Shown here: in pieces, positions 50,773-62,917 of the stretch
Numbering within the stretch: the stretch's first letter is position 1
How the letters are laid out: every line of letters begins with the position of its first letter
Assembly: GCA_024679065.1 (NCBI GenBank)
Contig: JAGIQG010000024.1
Coordinates: 31,682,001 to 31,746,000, forward strand
Length of the DNA stretch: 64,000 nt
Direction: 5' to 3'
From: Sphyrna mokarran
Lineage: Eukaryota
Notes under the pieces: model-generated
Told to the model about the DNA's origin: nothing
Seen by the model: only the letters and a program-made list of their open reading frames with translations
Database searches by the model: none
Program-made: the position numbers and the translations under genes

Positions 50773-51649
50773 ATGAAAATCAACTTTCCAAATGTTCTCA
50801 CAGACTTGGATTAATTTCCTCATCAGCGAAACAATCGACATGGGATGATAGAGCTATTTATCAGACCCATAACAAAACAAAGGCACCAATCATAGCATTA
50901 CTTGTTCCCAATATGGAACAATCTGTCATGACAACAAAAATCAATGAATACCAACAAGTATCATAATGTTCGTCTCATTTATTCTTCCCCCTTCTGTTCC
51001 AAGAAAAAGCTGCACGCAAGTAAAATTAACTTGATATATCACTCTGTGAGAGTACTTGTGTACGTATATTAATCTTTCTGCTTTCCTTTCACACCACTTA
51101 TGCACTCCTCAACAATAATGAATGAGCCCTTATAAAACATTCATGTTCTTAACCAACTTATTTGTTTCTGTTATAACTATGATATGAAATATTGATAGTT
51201 TTTTAAAATTTAGTTTTTTTTAAACAGAATTAATTTTGCTGAGTATGTACAAGATATTAATCCACATTTGTCCCAGCTAAACCTTGCGGTGGAATTATGA
51301 GCAGATAACACTGATGTAAAACTGAACGCAGAAAAGGAGCTCAATTGGTTAAATGGAATGGAACAATTCTCAGCTCAGATTAAAATCATGGTTCGCAGAA
51401 TATCCAAACTTCTCATAGTTCACATCTGAAATACTCTGAAAATTGTCAAATATATTAAACTGCCAACAATTCTGCTCTTCTGAATAATAATTTGCACCTC
51501 TTTAACTTCAGCTGCTGGTCCCAAATGACTAAGACCACCTTACAAAGGAACAGCAGCAGAGACCTTGTGACAGCAGGAATGGATCCAATGCGCCACCATG
51601 AAAAACACTTCCACAGATCCCACAGCGTGCCCACCCAGCTTCAACATTC

Positions 51650-51830
51650 CTTGTCCAAAGATATGAATGATACGTCAATTGACCATGCTAAATTACCTCT
51701 TTGTGTCAAGAGGATGAGCACGGTGAATACATGGGGTTATGGGAATTGGGCCTGGGTAGGATTGTTGGTGCCGCAAGCTCAATGGGCCGAATGGCCTCTT
51801 TTCATACTCTCGGGATTCTACTTTATTCTA
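51650..51830 (+). mobile_element. HE1-like SINE 3' half
   Basis: tccaaagatatg...ggccgaatggcctctttt...gggattcta. Confidence 0.7.
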
Positions 51831-52729
51831 CAACTGGGCTCTCCTCAACCATTTCCGTACCAGTCAAGGCCTTTACACAGCAAATCGGCACAAGTGGGGG
51901 CTTCCAGGGAACCCGGACTGCAGCCGTGGTGCTCCCTAATCAACGACTCACATCATTGAAAACTGCCCCATGGAAAAATTCAGTGGAAGGGCTTGAGGAG
52001 CTCCATTTGGCTACTGCCAAAGCTTTGCCCAGCTGGGTGATAAATGCATATGCTGAAAAAAGAAGTTGCAGCAGCACAGCAAAGAAACACTGTAAGGAAC
52101 ATGAATTGGGAATCTGAACACTCCCAAACTGCAGGAACATTGGGTGTCAGGGATTAGGGAATAGGGGGGGAGGGTTGGAGAGGGGGAAAGCGTCTGAAGC
52201 TTATTCTCTACACTTTTAATGAAGAGGGATCTGTGGATCTCACTAATGGTCTTTCAGAGTTTAGAGCTGAGTCTAAAAACAGCTTTGCCATTGTTCTCTG
52301 AATCTTTGCTGATGTATAGACAGTTTGAATATACACACACAAAATGACCAGCACTGCTTTCAGTACCAAACTTCAACTCTTCATATTTCATGACATGAGA
52401 ATCTGCATTTCTTATGCCATGCCTCGATATTGGGTGACCTCCCTTTAGGCAACTTTCAACATTTCCTTGGGCTTGATTTTATCAGCAAAATCATTGCAAT
52501 CAGATTATCTATTTCTATTTCGTTTAATAAAATTGGAATTGGAAAAGTGGTTAGAACTTATTAAGTCGCCTTTTTGTCAAGTAACCTTTCAAATAAAGTC
52601 TCAGGTGTGAAACTGTAATTTTGTTTTGCAGATTCATTACCTTAATCTAAAGTGGCAGCTCATTGTGTGAGGCAGGTCGGCAAACTTTGAGGAAGATTCT
52701 TCTCATTTTTTTTGATATCGCCATCATTA

Positions 52730-53272
52730 GGAGACTAAAGAAATTCAGTATGCCCACTATGACTCTTACCTATTTTTAAGATGCACCACAAAAAGCACGC
52801 TTTCCAAATGTATCACATCTTGGGATGGCATCTGTTCTGTCCAAGTCCGAAAGTACAAAGAATTGCAAAGATAGCCCAGTTCATTACATAAACCAGCCTT
52901 CCATCCATTGACACTATCTATGCTTGCCACTATCTCGGAAAAGCAGCCAGCATATAAAGGACACCGTGCACCTCAGGTATTCTCTCTTCCACCTTCTTCC
53001 AAATGGAAAAATATACAAAAGCCTGAAATCACATAATCAACCAATCAAAAATAGCTTCTTCCCTGTTGTCATCACACGTTTGAATGGACCTACCTTAGTT
53101 AAGTTGACCTTTTGCTACACCCCACCTATGACTTTAACATTACATTCTGCACTCATTTCTTTCCTTTTTTCCAACGTGGTCTATGAAGGGTATGCTTTTT
53201 CTGTATAACATACAAGAAACGATACTTTTCACAGTATACTAAGACAAGTGGCAATAACAAGTCAAATCAAAT
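52730..53272 (+). mobile_element. Rex1/Babar-like LINE 3' portion
   Basis: aagaaattcagtatgcccactatgactcttacc...agcttcttccctgttgtcatc...gtcaaatcaaat. Confidence 0.75.
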
Positions 53273-55409
53273 TATTTATCTAATTCATTCTTTTTGGGGT
53301 GAGACATAAAAATCTCTTCTTCCTTTTACAGAATTCATTTATGATTTTAGACATTGAACATATATCTTCTCTCAATCTTCTGTCATACAAGGATGTATTT
53401 TTCCTAAATTCATTCATTTCACATCCAGTAAAACACCCAATGACCTAAGTTTTCAGTATTCGATTTAAGATGGAGTCTTTATAGGTCGTAGGTGCGAATT
53501 TCATCCACTCTTGGAAGAAAATCCTTGCCTTAGAGAGCTATTGGCCAATCAGATTGGCTGACAGCTCTCCAGCCCTCCAGGTGCAGCGCTGCAGTGGCCA
53601 GAAGAGGTATTGTAGCATGCTGTGCCAGAGCCTAAGTCCCAGATCGCACTTCAGGTGTGTACCAGGGGTCCAAGGAGCATGAGAATAGGGTGTGTGTTGA
53701 TCTTGGTATCAGGGAGGCAGGCTAGGGTGTGGGGAATGTATTGGAGTTAGGATCAGAGCTTCCAAGTCCAAGAGGGGTGACCGTCCCTTCTTTCTCACAC
53801 AAAATTGAGATTTGTTATGTTTTTTCATCGACACATGCTCTGACTGGTGCCTACCAGTGTATGAATTGAGGCTGAGGGGGAAGAGGCCCTTAAACAGCCA
53901 TAAAGTGGTCACATAAAGGCTTTAAGAGGGTCACAGAGAGGCTCTGCCTGCCCTACTGTGAAATTGCACTTGTTTCAGGGCAAGCAGCTTCCTGGAAGTA
54001 ATCCCATTCATGCAAATATTATGCTTTCTCCCAGTGACTCAGAACTCATACAATCCTATGTCTTTTGATAAATACTATTACGTTAAACAAAGCAATACAC
54101 TACTGCAGTTCAATTTACTTCAAATAATTCTTCACGGAATAAATGAATCATGGTGAGTGACCGGAGTTATCCAATTCGGTGGAATTATCCACCTGAAATA
54201 AATAAAAATCTTACACTGACTTCATCACATCATCCAACCATCTCTTGAATCAAACTAGGATTTTTTTCTTTGACTTTCATGACTATCAGGATGATTGCTG
54301 GTTGTGTGTGTGAATTTGAGTATTGAATACTATGACACTTGTATCAGACACCATGATACATCTGGGGTCACCTGATCTGGGGGTTTGTTGTATATTTAAC
54401 TGGTTGCATGATTGCTTTAAGAGTTGATCACATGATTTGAGGATGTGTTCATTAAAGTGTTGTACAGGTTGCTGTTTTAGTTTCAGTTTGCACTCTGGGC
54501 AGAGCTCCTGGAATAAACCTGACGTGTGCTACCTTGAATCTGTGTGTTTTATCTTTTTGTTTAAAACCCACTATCCCTCACATAGTTAGGACAACACAAG
54601 GTCAGATAACACATGTTAGGTAGTTAGCTAGCAGGTTAGATTGAATGACGTTGCTCTGGCTGTTAAATCTGTGACCTCGAGTGTTGCTTTTTTTTCAGCC
54701 AGAGATGTGAAATTGACGATGAAAATAATGATGAAGATATTTAGGGTTGGGTCACGGTATTTGCCAGGAGCTGATGGGGCCACGGCCTGGGGAATTGTGC
54801 CATTTGATCTGATGGACAATGCCAAGGAGAAATGGAAAACCTGGCTGGAGTGGCACAGTAAATGCTGCTTCTCAAATTATGGAACTAACACCAGGCAAAA
54901 ATGTGAATTGCAGACTTACTTCAATGGAACTTACTTCAATTAAACTCTGTTCACTGAAAAGAAATCCCTCACTGTAAATTTGCTTTGATGCAATTAATTC
55001 AGTCTTGCGCAAGGTTAAAAATAATCACTATCAAATTTAATGTATTTTTTTATATAGCTGCACATTAAAACACATGTAACAATTGATGAAGGGTAGATTT
55101 CTTGAAGACCTTAAATCATTTTCGCAGGTTTTTTTTGACATAATTTTCATCTGATGACAGTCTCTACTTGTGTTGATCAAGAGAACATGACTGCAAACCA
55201 CAGCCTTTGTGCTTGGTGGTTTATTTTGGCCATATTTAGTGGAACAAAACTTAAGGTCAGAATTCTTATACCAAGTAGAGAGCTTTACACCTTTATCTGT
55301 AAGAATTACTTATAGCCCAACACCAATAAAAATTCACTGACCTAACTGCAGCAAAGCTGGACGTTGCCAATAGCATCATATACAAAATTTTAAAATATGC
55401 ACTCAAAAA

Positions 55410-55693
55410 TCATAGAATCCATAAAGTGCAGAAGGAGGCATTCAGCCTATCAAGTCTGCACCAGCAACTATCCCACCCAGGTCTATCCACGTAACCCCAT
55501 GTGTTCACCCTCTTGACATTCAGCAGCAACTTAGTATGGTCAATCCATCTAACCCACACATCTTTGGAGTGCAGGAAGAAACTGGAGCACCCAGAGGAAA
55601 CCCTCACAGACACAAAGAGAACATGCAAGCTCCATACAGAGAGTGACCCCAGTCCCTGCTGCTGTCAGGTAACAGTGCTAACCATTGTGCCAC
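55410..55693 (-). mobile_element. V-SINE (HE1-like), CR1-type tail
   Basis: catagaatccataaagtgcagaaggaggc...agtgctaaccattgtgccacc. Confidence 0.85.
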
Positions 55694-55754
55694 CTTCCCA
55701 TGTCACAAACTGCTTTACTACCATTGACGTTTAAAGATTGAGAATCCAAAAATG

Positions 55755-55996
55755 TTCGAATCTCACCACATCACATGATGAGTGATGGCCATGGAATCAT
55801 TGTTAATGATCTGAAAAATCTGGTTCAGTAATGTCCTTTAGTGAAGTAAATCTGCCATCCTTACCTGGCCTGACCTTCATGCGACTCCAGAGCCACAGCA
55901 ATGTGATTGACTCTCAACTGCTCTCCGGCATCTAAGGATGGGCAGAAAATGCTGGCCAACCAGAGATGCCGATGTCCCATGAATGAATAAAAGAAA
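55755..55996 (+). mobile_element. SINE family B (partial)
   Basis: aatctgccatccttacctggcc...gactccagagccacagcaatgtg...cccatgaatgaataaaa. Confidence 0.8.
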
Positions 55997-57117
55997 GTAA
56001 ATTATATTTGTCAGCAATTCTGAAATCATGTTCAGATTGAAATGGGCTGAGGTTGTCCATGTTTGTTTCACATAACACACTGGAAACCACTGGAGTAAAA
56101 AAAAACTTTTCTATTAGCATTCAAACTGATATCAGACAAGAAGTAAAATAACATCAGCCATACAAATCGTCACAAGGTATCATGCATCAAATGAGAAAGA
56201 GAAACAAGATATCATTAAAAGGAATCTTCTCATTTGAATTTTTCCTGAAATCACACGTTTGCACCTTATTGTTAGACAATCGCTTTGAAAGCGCAGCTTT
56301 AGGTGAAGCAGTTAATTTCAGCTCAGTTAATAAATAAAAAGACAGCATTACAAATCTATCATGAGTCCTGGGACAGTGCCAGATCCTGAAACAGTTTGCT
56401 CTGAAGTGTCAGTTCATGCAGAGTGGAAGATCCCTCCTGCTGCTGCACAGTCAACATAGCTCCTTGTTTACTCTATAAGAGGCTCGTAGAAGAAACTGAG
56501 ATCTCCAATGTGATTATCACAGCGCATCAACAACTTGCGAGGTCGGTCTCTGAAGTACAATAAAAAATTGCATCTAAGTCACTTCACCAGGATAACAACA
56601 CCTTTTTGTTTGACTTGTCAGGATTCCACGGAGTGAATTCATTATGTCGAAGGACTGTTACGCAACAAGAACTAAAACATTCAATGAATTCAATTTGGGG
56701 TTATGTGTATCATCTGATGATAGATTTGCCAGGATTTTGGATAATTCTGCTATTTTTAAAATAACTAGTGCTGGTTTAAATCTACTCAACTATGTCAGTG
56801 ACATTGCTATGGAATTGATTTCAGTAATCAAAGATGTCCCATGAATGAATAAAAGAAAGTAAATTATATTTGTCAGCAATTCTGAAATCATGTTCAGATT
56901 GAAATGGGATGAGGTTGTCCATGTTTGTTTCACATAACACACTGGAAACCACTGGAATAAAAAAAACTTTTCAGATTATTGGCATTCAAACTGATATCAG
57001 ACAAGAAGTAAAATAACATCAGCCATACAAATCGTCACAAGGTATCATGCATCAAATGAGAAAGAGAAACAAGATATCATTAAAAGGAATCTTCTCGTTT
57101 GAATTTTTCCTGAAATC
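55971..57117 (+). repeat. Direct duplication: 55971-56252 repeated at 56833-57117
   Basis: Near-identical ~282-bp segments with a few substitutions and a small indel, separated by 580 bp. Confidence 0.95.
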
Positions 57118-57375
57118 TTTGATTGTCATAGTGTTATTGGATAGTTGTCTTTGCCCAGTGGCATTATCAATGAAATGGCACTAGCTGCATTGTGTTTTAC
57201 CAACTTGCTCTCATTCATCTACAAAAACACAATATAAATCAGGCTGAAATGCACCACAATAACTAGTACTGAAACAAAGATTAGAGATATTTCATTCTCT
57301 GCTCCTTTCTCCCAAGAAAATTAAAAGCAGCCTTTTGTGAAAACAGTGCCTCTTTAAGGGGCAGACTATTAAGGA

Positions 57376-59150
57376 GAGACAGTAGCGTCGTGGCAATGTT
57401 ACTGGACTAGAGACTTTGGTTAGTGTTCTCGGTTCAAATTTCACCAAGGCAATTGGTGGGATTTAAATTTAGTTAATAAATCTGGAATTGAAAATTAGCC
57501 TCACTTATGGTGAGGGTGAAACAATTCTACGCTGTCATTAAAAAAACCATCTTCTTTACTCATAGTCAGAACTGCATGGGACTACAAACCCACCAAAACA
57601 TGGTTGACTTTGAAACTGCCAAACAAACGAAGCAATGACTAGGGAAAGGAATGGAACTGGATGGACCATCTGGCATCAATCTAAACACCTGTCAATCCAA
57701 CAAAGTTGTCCTTATTTGATATGCTATGCCAAAATTTGGAGAGGTGCCACACAGATGAATAAAGCAACAGCCTGACAATGTCGTACATACAAAATCCCAG
57801 ACACAACCAGCACCAGACCTAGTCATGTCCTGTCCCACTGACAGAACAGATCCCTCAAAAGTGGCACAACAGTGGTCCACGAGAGTGGGAGGTAGTAGCC
57901 CGAGTCTTTAACATTGACTCGAGACCCCATGAAGTCTCATTGGTTCAGGACAAACATGGGCAAAGAAACCTCTTGCTGGTTACCACAATCAGACATATCC
58001 TACCTCCTCCCAACATGTTCCTCAGCTGATGAATCAGTCCTCCTCCTTGTTGGATGCCATTTGTAAGAAGCGCTAAGGTGGCATGGGCACAGAATGTATC
58101 CATCATCAAGATTGGCTTGCTAGCATCACCATTGACTGAGTCCCCACGAAAATAGCTGCTAGACTGGGGTTGCAGCAGGTGGTAAGGGAATCAACAGGGA
58201 AATAAAAACCGATGTAATCTTCCCTTCATCAAGCTGTCACAGATGAATTTGTCCATGATAGTATTGACTGCACAATCTTTGAGGAGACAAAAACTTGCCT
58301 AGATAGTGAGGATACCCTCCATCTTGTTGTGTAGCTCTCCCACGATATTAAATGCAATAGATTGTAAACTGATATAACAACTCAAAGCAAAGCATCCAAG
58401 AGCGACTGTGCATTATCGGAAGCAGAGTTATACTCAACCACAATCTATAATTTCAATGGTGTAACATTTCCCTACTCTAGCCTGGCGACCAACTATGGTT
58501 CAATGAGAAGTGCTGAAGGGTAAGCCAGGAACAATACCAGATATACTTTAAAAAAAAGTGCCAACTGCTGAAGCTGCAATATAAGATAAATTGCAGGCCC
58601 AATAGTGAAAGCAGCATGCACCTGAAGCAATTACATAACCAACAAGTGGGATCACTTTTGCAGTCTTGCCACATCCAGTCATGAATAGTGGGGGACAATT
58701 AAACACCTCCTGGAGGAGGAGGTTCCACAAATATCCCCCATCTTCAACACTGGGGGAATTCAGCACATCAGTGCAAAACATAAAACTGAACAATGTGCAA
58801 TTCAATTCACTCCACATGATATCAAGAAATGGCCGAAAGCACTGGATACTGTGAAGGCTGTGGGCTTTGACAGCATTCCAGCAATATTTTCAGAACTAAC
58901 CATCCCTGCTAGCCAAACTGTTCCAGCACAGCTACCTCACTGGTATCTATCCAACACTGTGAAATGTGCCCAAGTATTTCCTGTACACAACTCCAAACCA
59001 GACAAATACCATGCCATCAGTCCACTCTTAATCATCAGAGAGTGATGGAAAAGATCATCAAAAGGTCTTTTTTTTCTCAGAAACAACCTGCAAACTAATC
59101 CTCAATTTGGGTTGTGCCAGTGCTATTCAGCCCATGACCTCAAGAGATGG
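57376..59150 (+). mobile_element. Decayed LINE (CR1/L2 group) preceded by a SINE-B-type tRNA-like head
   Basis: Head 57376-57622; APE start atgccaaaatttggagag...aagcaacagcctgac (KQQPD); RT linker gatatcaagaaatgg..gcactggatactgtgaaggctgtgggctttgacagcattcca (DIKK..ALDTVKAVGFDSIP). Confidence 0.65.
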
Positions 59151-60802
59151 CAAAGTTGGATTAAAATCAAAAATATTCTTCAAACAAAACTTACACCACG
59201 TACAGCCTCAAAGCCCAACCAGATCCTATCTTCACCCAATACCCATACACTTGCACTTCTCAAGAGATGAGGAAGTAGGATGCCTTGTTGAACTTTCCTT
59301 TGCCTTCCCCAAACCGCAAGCATATTCCTCTCTTCAACCTCATTTAAACCAGTCAGTGTTCTTTTTACTATCGTCAAAAGCAACATTTAGATTCTTGCTG
59401 GGGGAAAATCAATATACATCACATGTAGAATCCACATGGTGGCTTGAGTTCATAAGAAACTCAGGGTTAGAAAATTATAGTCTAATTGAAAAATAATATT
59501 GAGAAAATGTTTGAAAATTAACCAGTAATTAACAGTTAAATGGATTGCCACTTAGATTAACAATCAAGTTCTCTCTTATATGGTCTACCACAATAAAATG
59601 AACAGCATAGCAATTTTTTACATGCATGATACTCCAACCTCAAATAGCAAAGAGTAATAAAAATGGCTAATCTTAGAAACCGTGCAATGCAAAAGGAGGC
59701 CATTTAACCCATTGAGTCTGCACCAAGATTAATTTTAAACTAACTGCACTGCAATATTAATGGTGGCTAGTTGCAAACATAGGTAGATTGGGAACAAACT
59801 ATGCTGGAATTGTATCTTTTAATTGATTGCAGGCAGAAGAAAATCTGATTTCAAGTACAAAAATTGTCAAGTAATAAATATCCTGAAGTGTACAAGGCTT
59901 TGCAGTGCTACAAAACAAGGTGAAAAATCCAATTCTGCCCTTCTGTTTTCTTTACTTCAGTTGCTGAAATGCAGCAGAGCATTGGTTTAGTTTCAAAGCA
60001 AAAGGTTTTTCTTTTGCAAGTTGAATACTCATCAACATTGTTTAATAGCACTTTTTCTGGCTGAAGTATCACAAATTAATGATAAATTTTAATCACTTCT
60101 TCTATAATGAAAGTTACTAACGCCTGTATTGTGATTGATTTGTGACTTTATCACAGGCGACAGAGACCATTATTATTGGTGCATTAGAACTGGCATTTTG
60201 TCAAACTTCCTATTTTACAGTGTTCCCGTCTCCCTTAGAGGATGCGACAGGAAATTGCTGCTTTGTGATACCCCATGCCTTGCTCTAGCCAATAGGCCTA
60301 ATTAATGTTCAGACACATCTTCAATGCCTCCAACAGTGATGACAAAGGATGTATGAGCAGCAGCAGGACAGCAGTTTCATTAGAAAAAAAGCTTTAGGAT
60401 GTAACCTTCATTGGGACTTAGCTCTCATTTACAAATCTAAGAAATTAAGTCAGCCAAAATTCAGTTGTCAATCTCAATAACAAATTGATGTTTTCAATTG
60501 TGATCCTGCTATGCAGCTCAAAGCATTTGTGAAATTTGGTTTCAAAGCTTTGAAAGATGATCAAGATGCAGCTCGTTAAAAATACACCTCAATTCACCAT
60601 GCTCTGTCTGCCTTTTGAATTCACTACCCTCTTCACCCTCCTTAATCCTAAACTCCACATAAGCTTCCCAACCCATATTCACAATTATCTCTTGACCTTG
60701 TTTACCTCATCTATCATCGGTAAGGTCAGTATTGATCTCTTCATACTAGTGAAATCCAACAAAATCTCCTTTCTCATCCAAATTTACTTGCTTCTGAGTT
60801 CA

Positions 60803-60888
60803 GTAGAAAAGTCTCACAACACCACATTAAGTTCAACAGGTTTATTTGGTAGTATGAACTTTCATTGCACTGTCCCTTCATCAGGTGA
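60803..60888 (-). mobile_element. Penelope-derived single arm, family A
   Basis: aagtctcacaacaccacattaagttcaacaggtttatttggtag...ctttc...cttcatcaggtga (CTGATGA...GAAAG on minus). Confidence 0.75.
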
Positions 60889-61178
60889 ACATCTCAACAT
60901 CATGGCTTCTGAGTTTAACCTTGGAAAAAACTTCTCCCCAACTTCAGTCACAATTGCACTTTCAAAATCCTAACTGCCTCATCTTTAGTCTTCTGTTCAC
61001 CACAATTGTTCTGGAATCATCAATATGCTCAACCAAACAATTGTGTTTGATGCCCTGGTCCCCATTAATTTCTCTGGCACTGACTGTTTCCCTTTCATGG
61101 TTTCCATCTCTGCTCCCAGAAGTTAAAGGCACACAGAAGTGTACAGATATGGCAGAAACTGGTTTAGCCATTCACTGT

Positions 61179-61270
61179 AAGAGGTCTGACAACACCAGGT
61201 TTAAGTCCAACCAATTTATTTGATAGTAAACTCACACAAGCTTTCGAGGCTCTGCTCTTCGTCAAGTGAA
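61179..61270 (-). mobile_element. Penelope-derived single arm with perfect 15-bp flanking direct repeat
   Basis: ttagccattcactgt at 61164-61178 and 61271-61285; minus strand cac-tTGACGA-a-GAG cagagc CTC-GAAA-gctt-gtg. Confidence 0.85.
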
Positions 61271-61712
61271 TTAGCCATTCACTGTCATATGTCATTAGAC
61301 CACATAAAGAATGGCCCTTTCCTGCCTTACCTGCCAAACCTGCTCACTATTCCAGGATTATCCTGGAAAGCAAGAAAAATTTCTGGTTTGTTTTCTACTC
61401 AACTGCAAACCATCAGCTAAAACTACTCCCCTGTATTTTCCCCACCCTCACCTCCAATAACTCTGAAGAGTTCAGAGCTTCTTTGTCACTCAGACTAAGA
61501 CCATCTCAGCTGACTGTCCCACTTTCCTTTCTTTCTCTTGAATGCCAGGACAAACATCCCCTGAAGTTTTCACCCAATTGCATATTGTTCTGCAGTTCCA
61601 CTTCTTCCTTTACTCATGTCTTCTCAAAGTTCATCTAATAAGACCCACATTGTGCTCCCTCAAACCTGTTCCCAAATAGCCACTGATGAACCATTTTCCC
61701 CACTGTTAACTT

Positions 61713-62030
61713 CTTTGATTTGATTTGGTTTACTATTATCATATGCATCAGTATATAGTAAAAAGCAGTCATAGCTAGGGGTGTAGCAAAAGATCAACTT
61801 AATGAGAGGTAGGTCCATTCAAAAGTCTGATGGCAGCAGGGAAGGAGCTATTTTTGAGTCGGTTGATACACAATATCAAGGTTTTTGTTTAGCTTTTTCC
61901 TGATAGAAGAAGGTGGAAGAAGATACCTCCAAGGTACGTGGGGTCCTCGATTATGGTGGCTGCTTTTCCGAGGCAGTGGGAAATGTAAACAGTGTCAATG
62001 GGTGGGAGGCTGGTTTGTGTGATGGACTGA
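61713..62030 (-). mobile_element. Rex1/Babar-like LINE 3' end
   Basis: tttgatttgatttgg tail; aggtaggtccattcaaaagtctgatggcagcagggaag as in 22200-22250. Confidence 0.75.
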
Positions 62031-62504
62031 GCATTCTTTTTCTTCAGACAGTGTTTCCCTTTCTTTCAAATCTGCTCAAAAAGTAGCTTTTACCCCATCA
62101 TTATTTCAAATTGTCACCTCATCTTCCACCTTCTTTCCTTTTCCCCTATCCTTGCCAGAACCAGATTAATTCTCATCAAAGACATAACTGACATCCAATA
62201 ATACGGTGACAATAGTACATTTTTCTCCTTAGCATTCTCAACCTCCCTACAGCCTTTGACATGATTAACCACTCTATCCTCAAACAATACCTTTCCACTG
62301 TCATCCAACAGAATGGAACTGCTTTCATGTAGCTCCATTCTTATCTATCTAATTGTAGCTACAGATCTTGGTGAATTCTCTTCCCACTCCTGTACTCTTA
62401 CCTTTAATAACCCCCAAAGATCTATCCTCACACCCCCCCCCCCCCCACAACCCACCGAACTCACATCTACATGTTGCCCCCTCAGCAACATCATCTGTAA
62501 ACAG

Positions 62505-62718
62505 TTTAGAGTTTATTATTAGTGTTACATGTCGGCTTTCATTAATACGGCAATGAAGTGAACATCCCGGAGTCACCACACTATAGCACCTGTTCAGGTA
62601 TACTGATGGATAATTTAGCATGACCAATGCACCTAATCAGCACACTTTTTGGACTATAGAAGGAAAACACAGCACCCAGAGAAAATCCACAGACGGGGAG
62701 AAAGTGCAGACTCCATAC
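62505..62718 (-). mobile_element. V-SINE with MER6-type tail, head lost at the Penelope insert
   Basis: tttattattagtgttacatg...acggggagaaagtgcagactccatac. Confidence 0.75.
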
Positions 62719-62719
62719 A

Positions 62720-62917
62720 ATAAGAAGTGTCACAACACCAAATGAAAGTCCACGAGGTTTATTTGGCATCATGAGATTTCGGAGCGCTGCTACTCCTTCT
62801 TTATCAGGTGAGTGGGCACAGCAGTGGACCATTCACTGATGAAGGAGCAGTGCTCCAAAACCTCATGATACCAAATAAACCTGTTGGACTTTAACCTGGT
62901 GTTGTGAGAATTCTTAT
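62720..62917. mobile_element. Penelope-derived fold-back insert family A
   Basis: Inverted arms; plus core CTGATGA-a-GGAGCagtGCTCC-aaaa. Confidence 0.85.

Larger units (their letters stand above)
60590..62500 (+). mobile_element. Fragmented old L2-like LINE hosting several later inserts
   Basis: C/T-rich strand; ctccttagcattctcaacctccctacagcctttgacatgattaaccac resembles the L2 LLDLSAAFDTVDH motif. Confidence 0.55.

Noticed and set aside
54340-54596. Possible solo LTR (TG...CA, TATA-like, AATAAA)
   Set aside because: No matching target-site duplication or second copy could be found
54628-54943. Overlapping ORFs with a tttttttcag acceptor
   Set aside because: No recognisable product, and the frame cannot be determined
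3193-62917. Recurring palindromic repeats as a CRISPR-like array
   Set aside because: Dispersed rather than regularly spaced, eukaryotic context, and explained by Penelope terminal repeats
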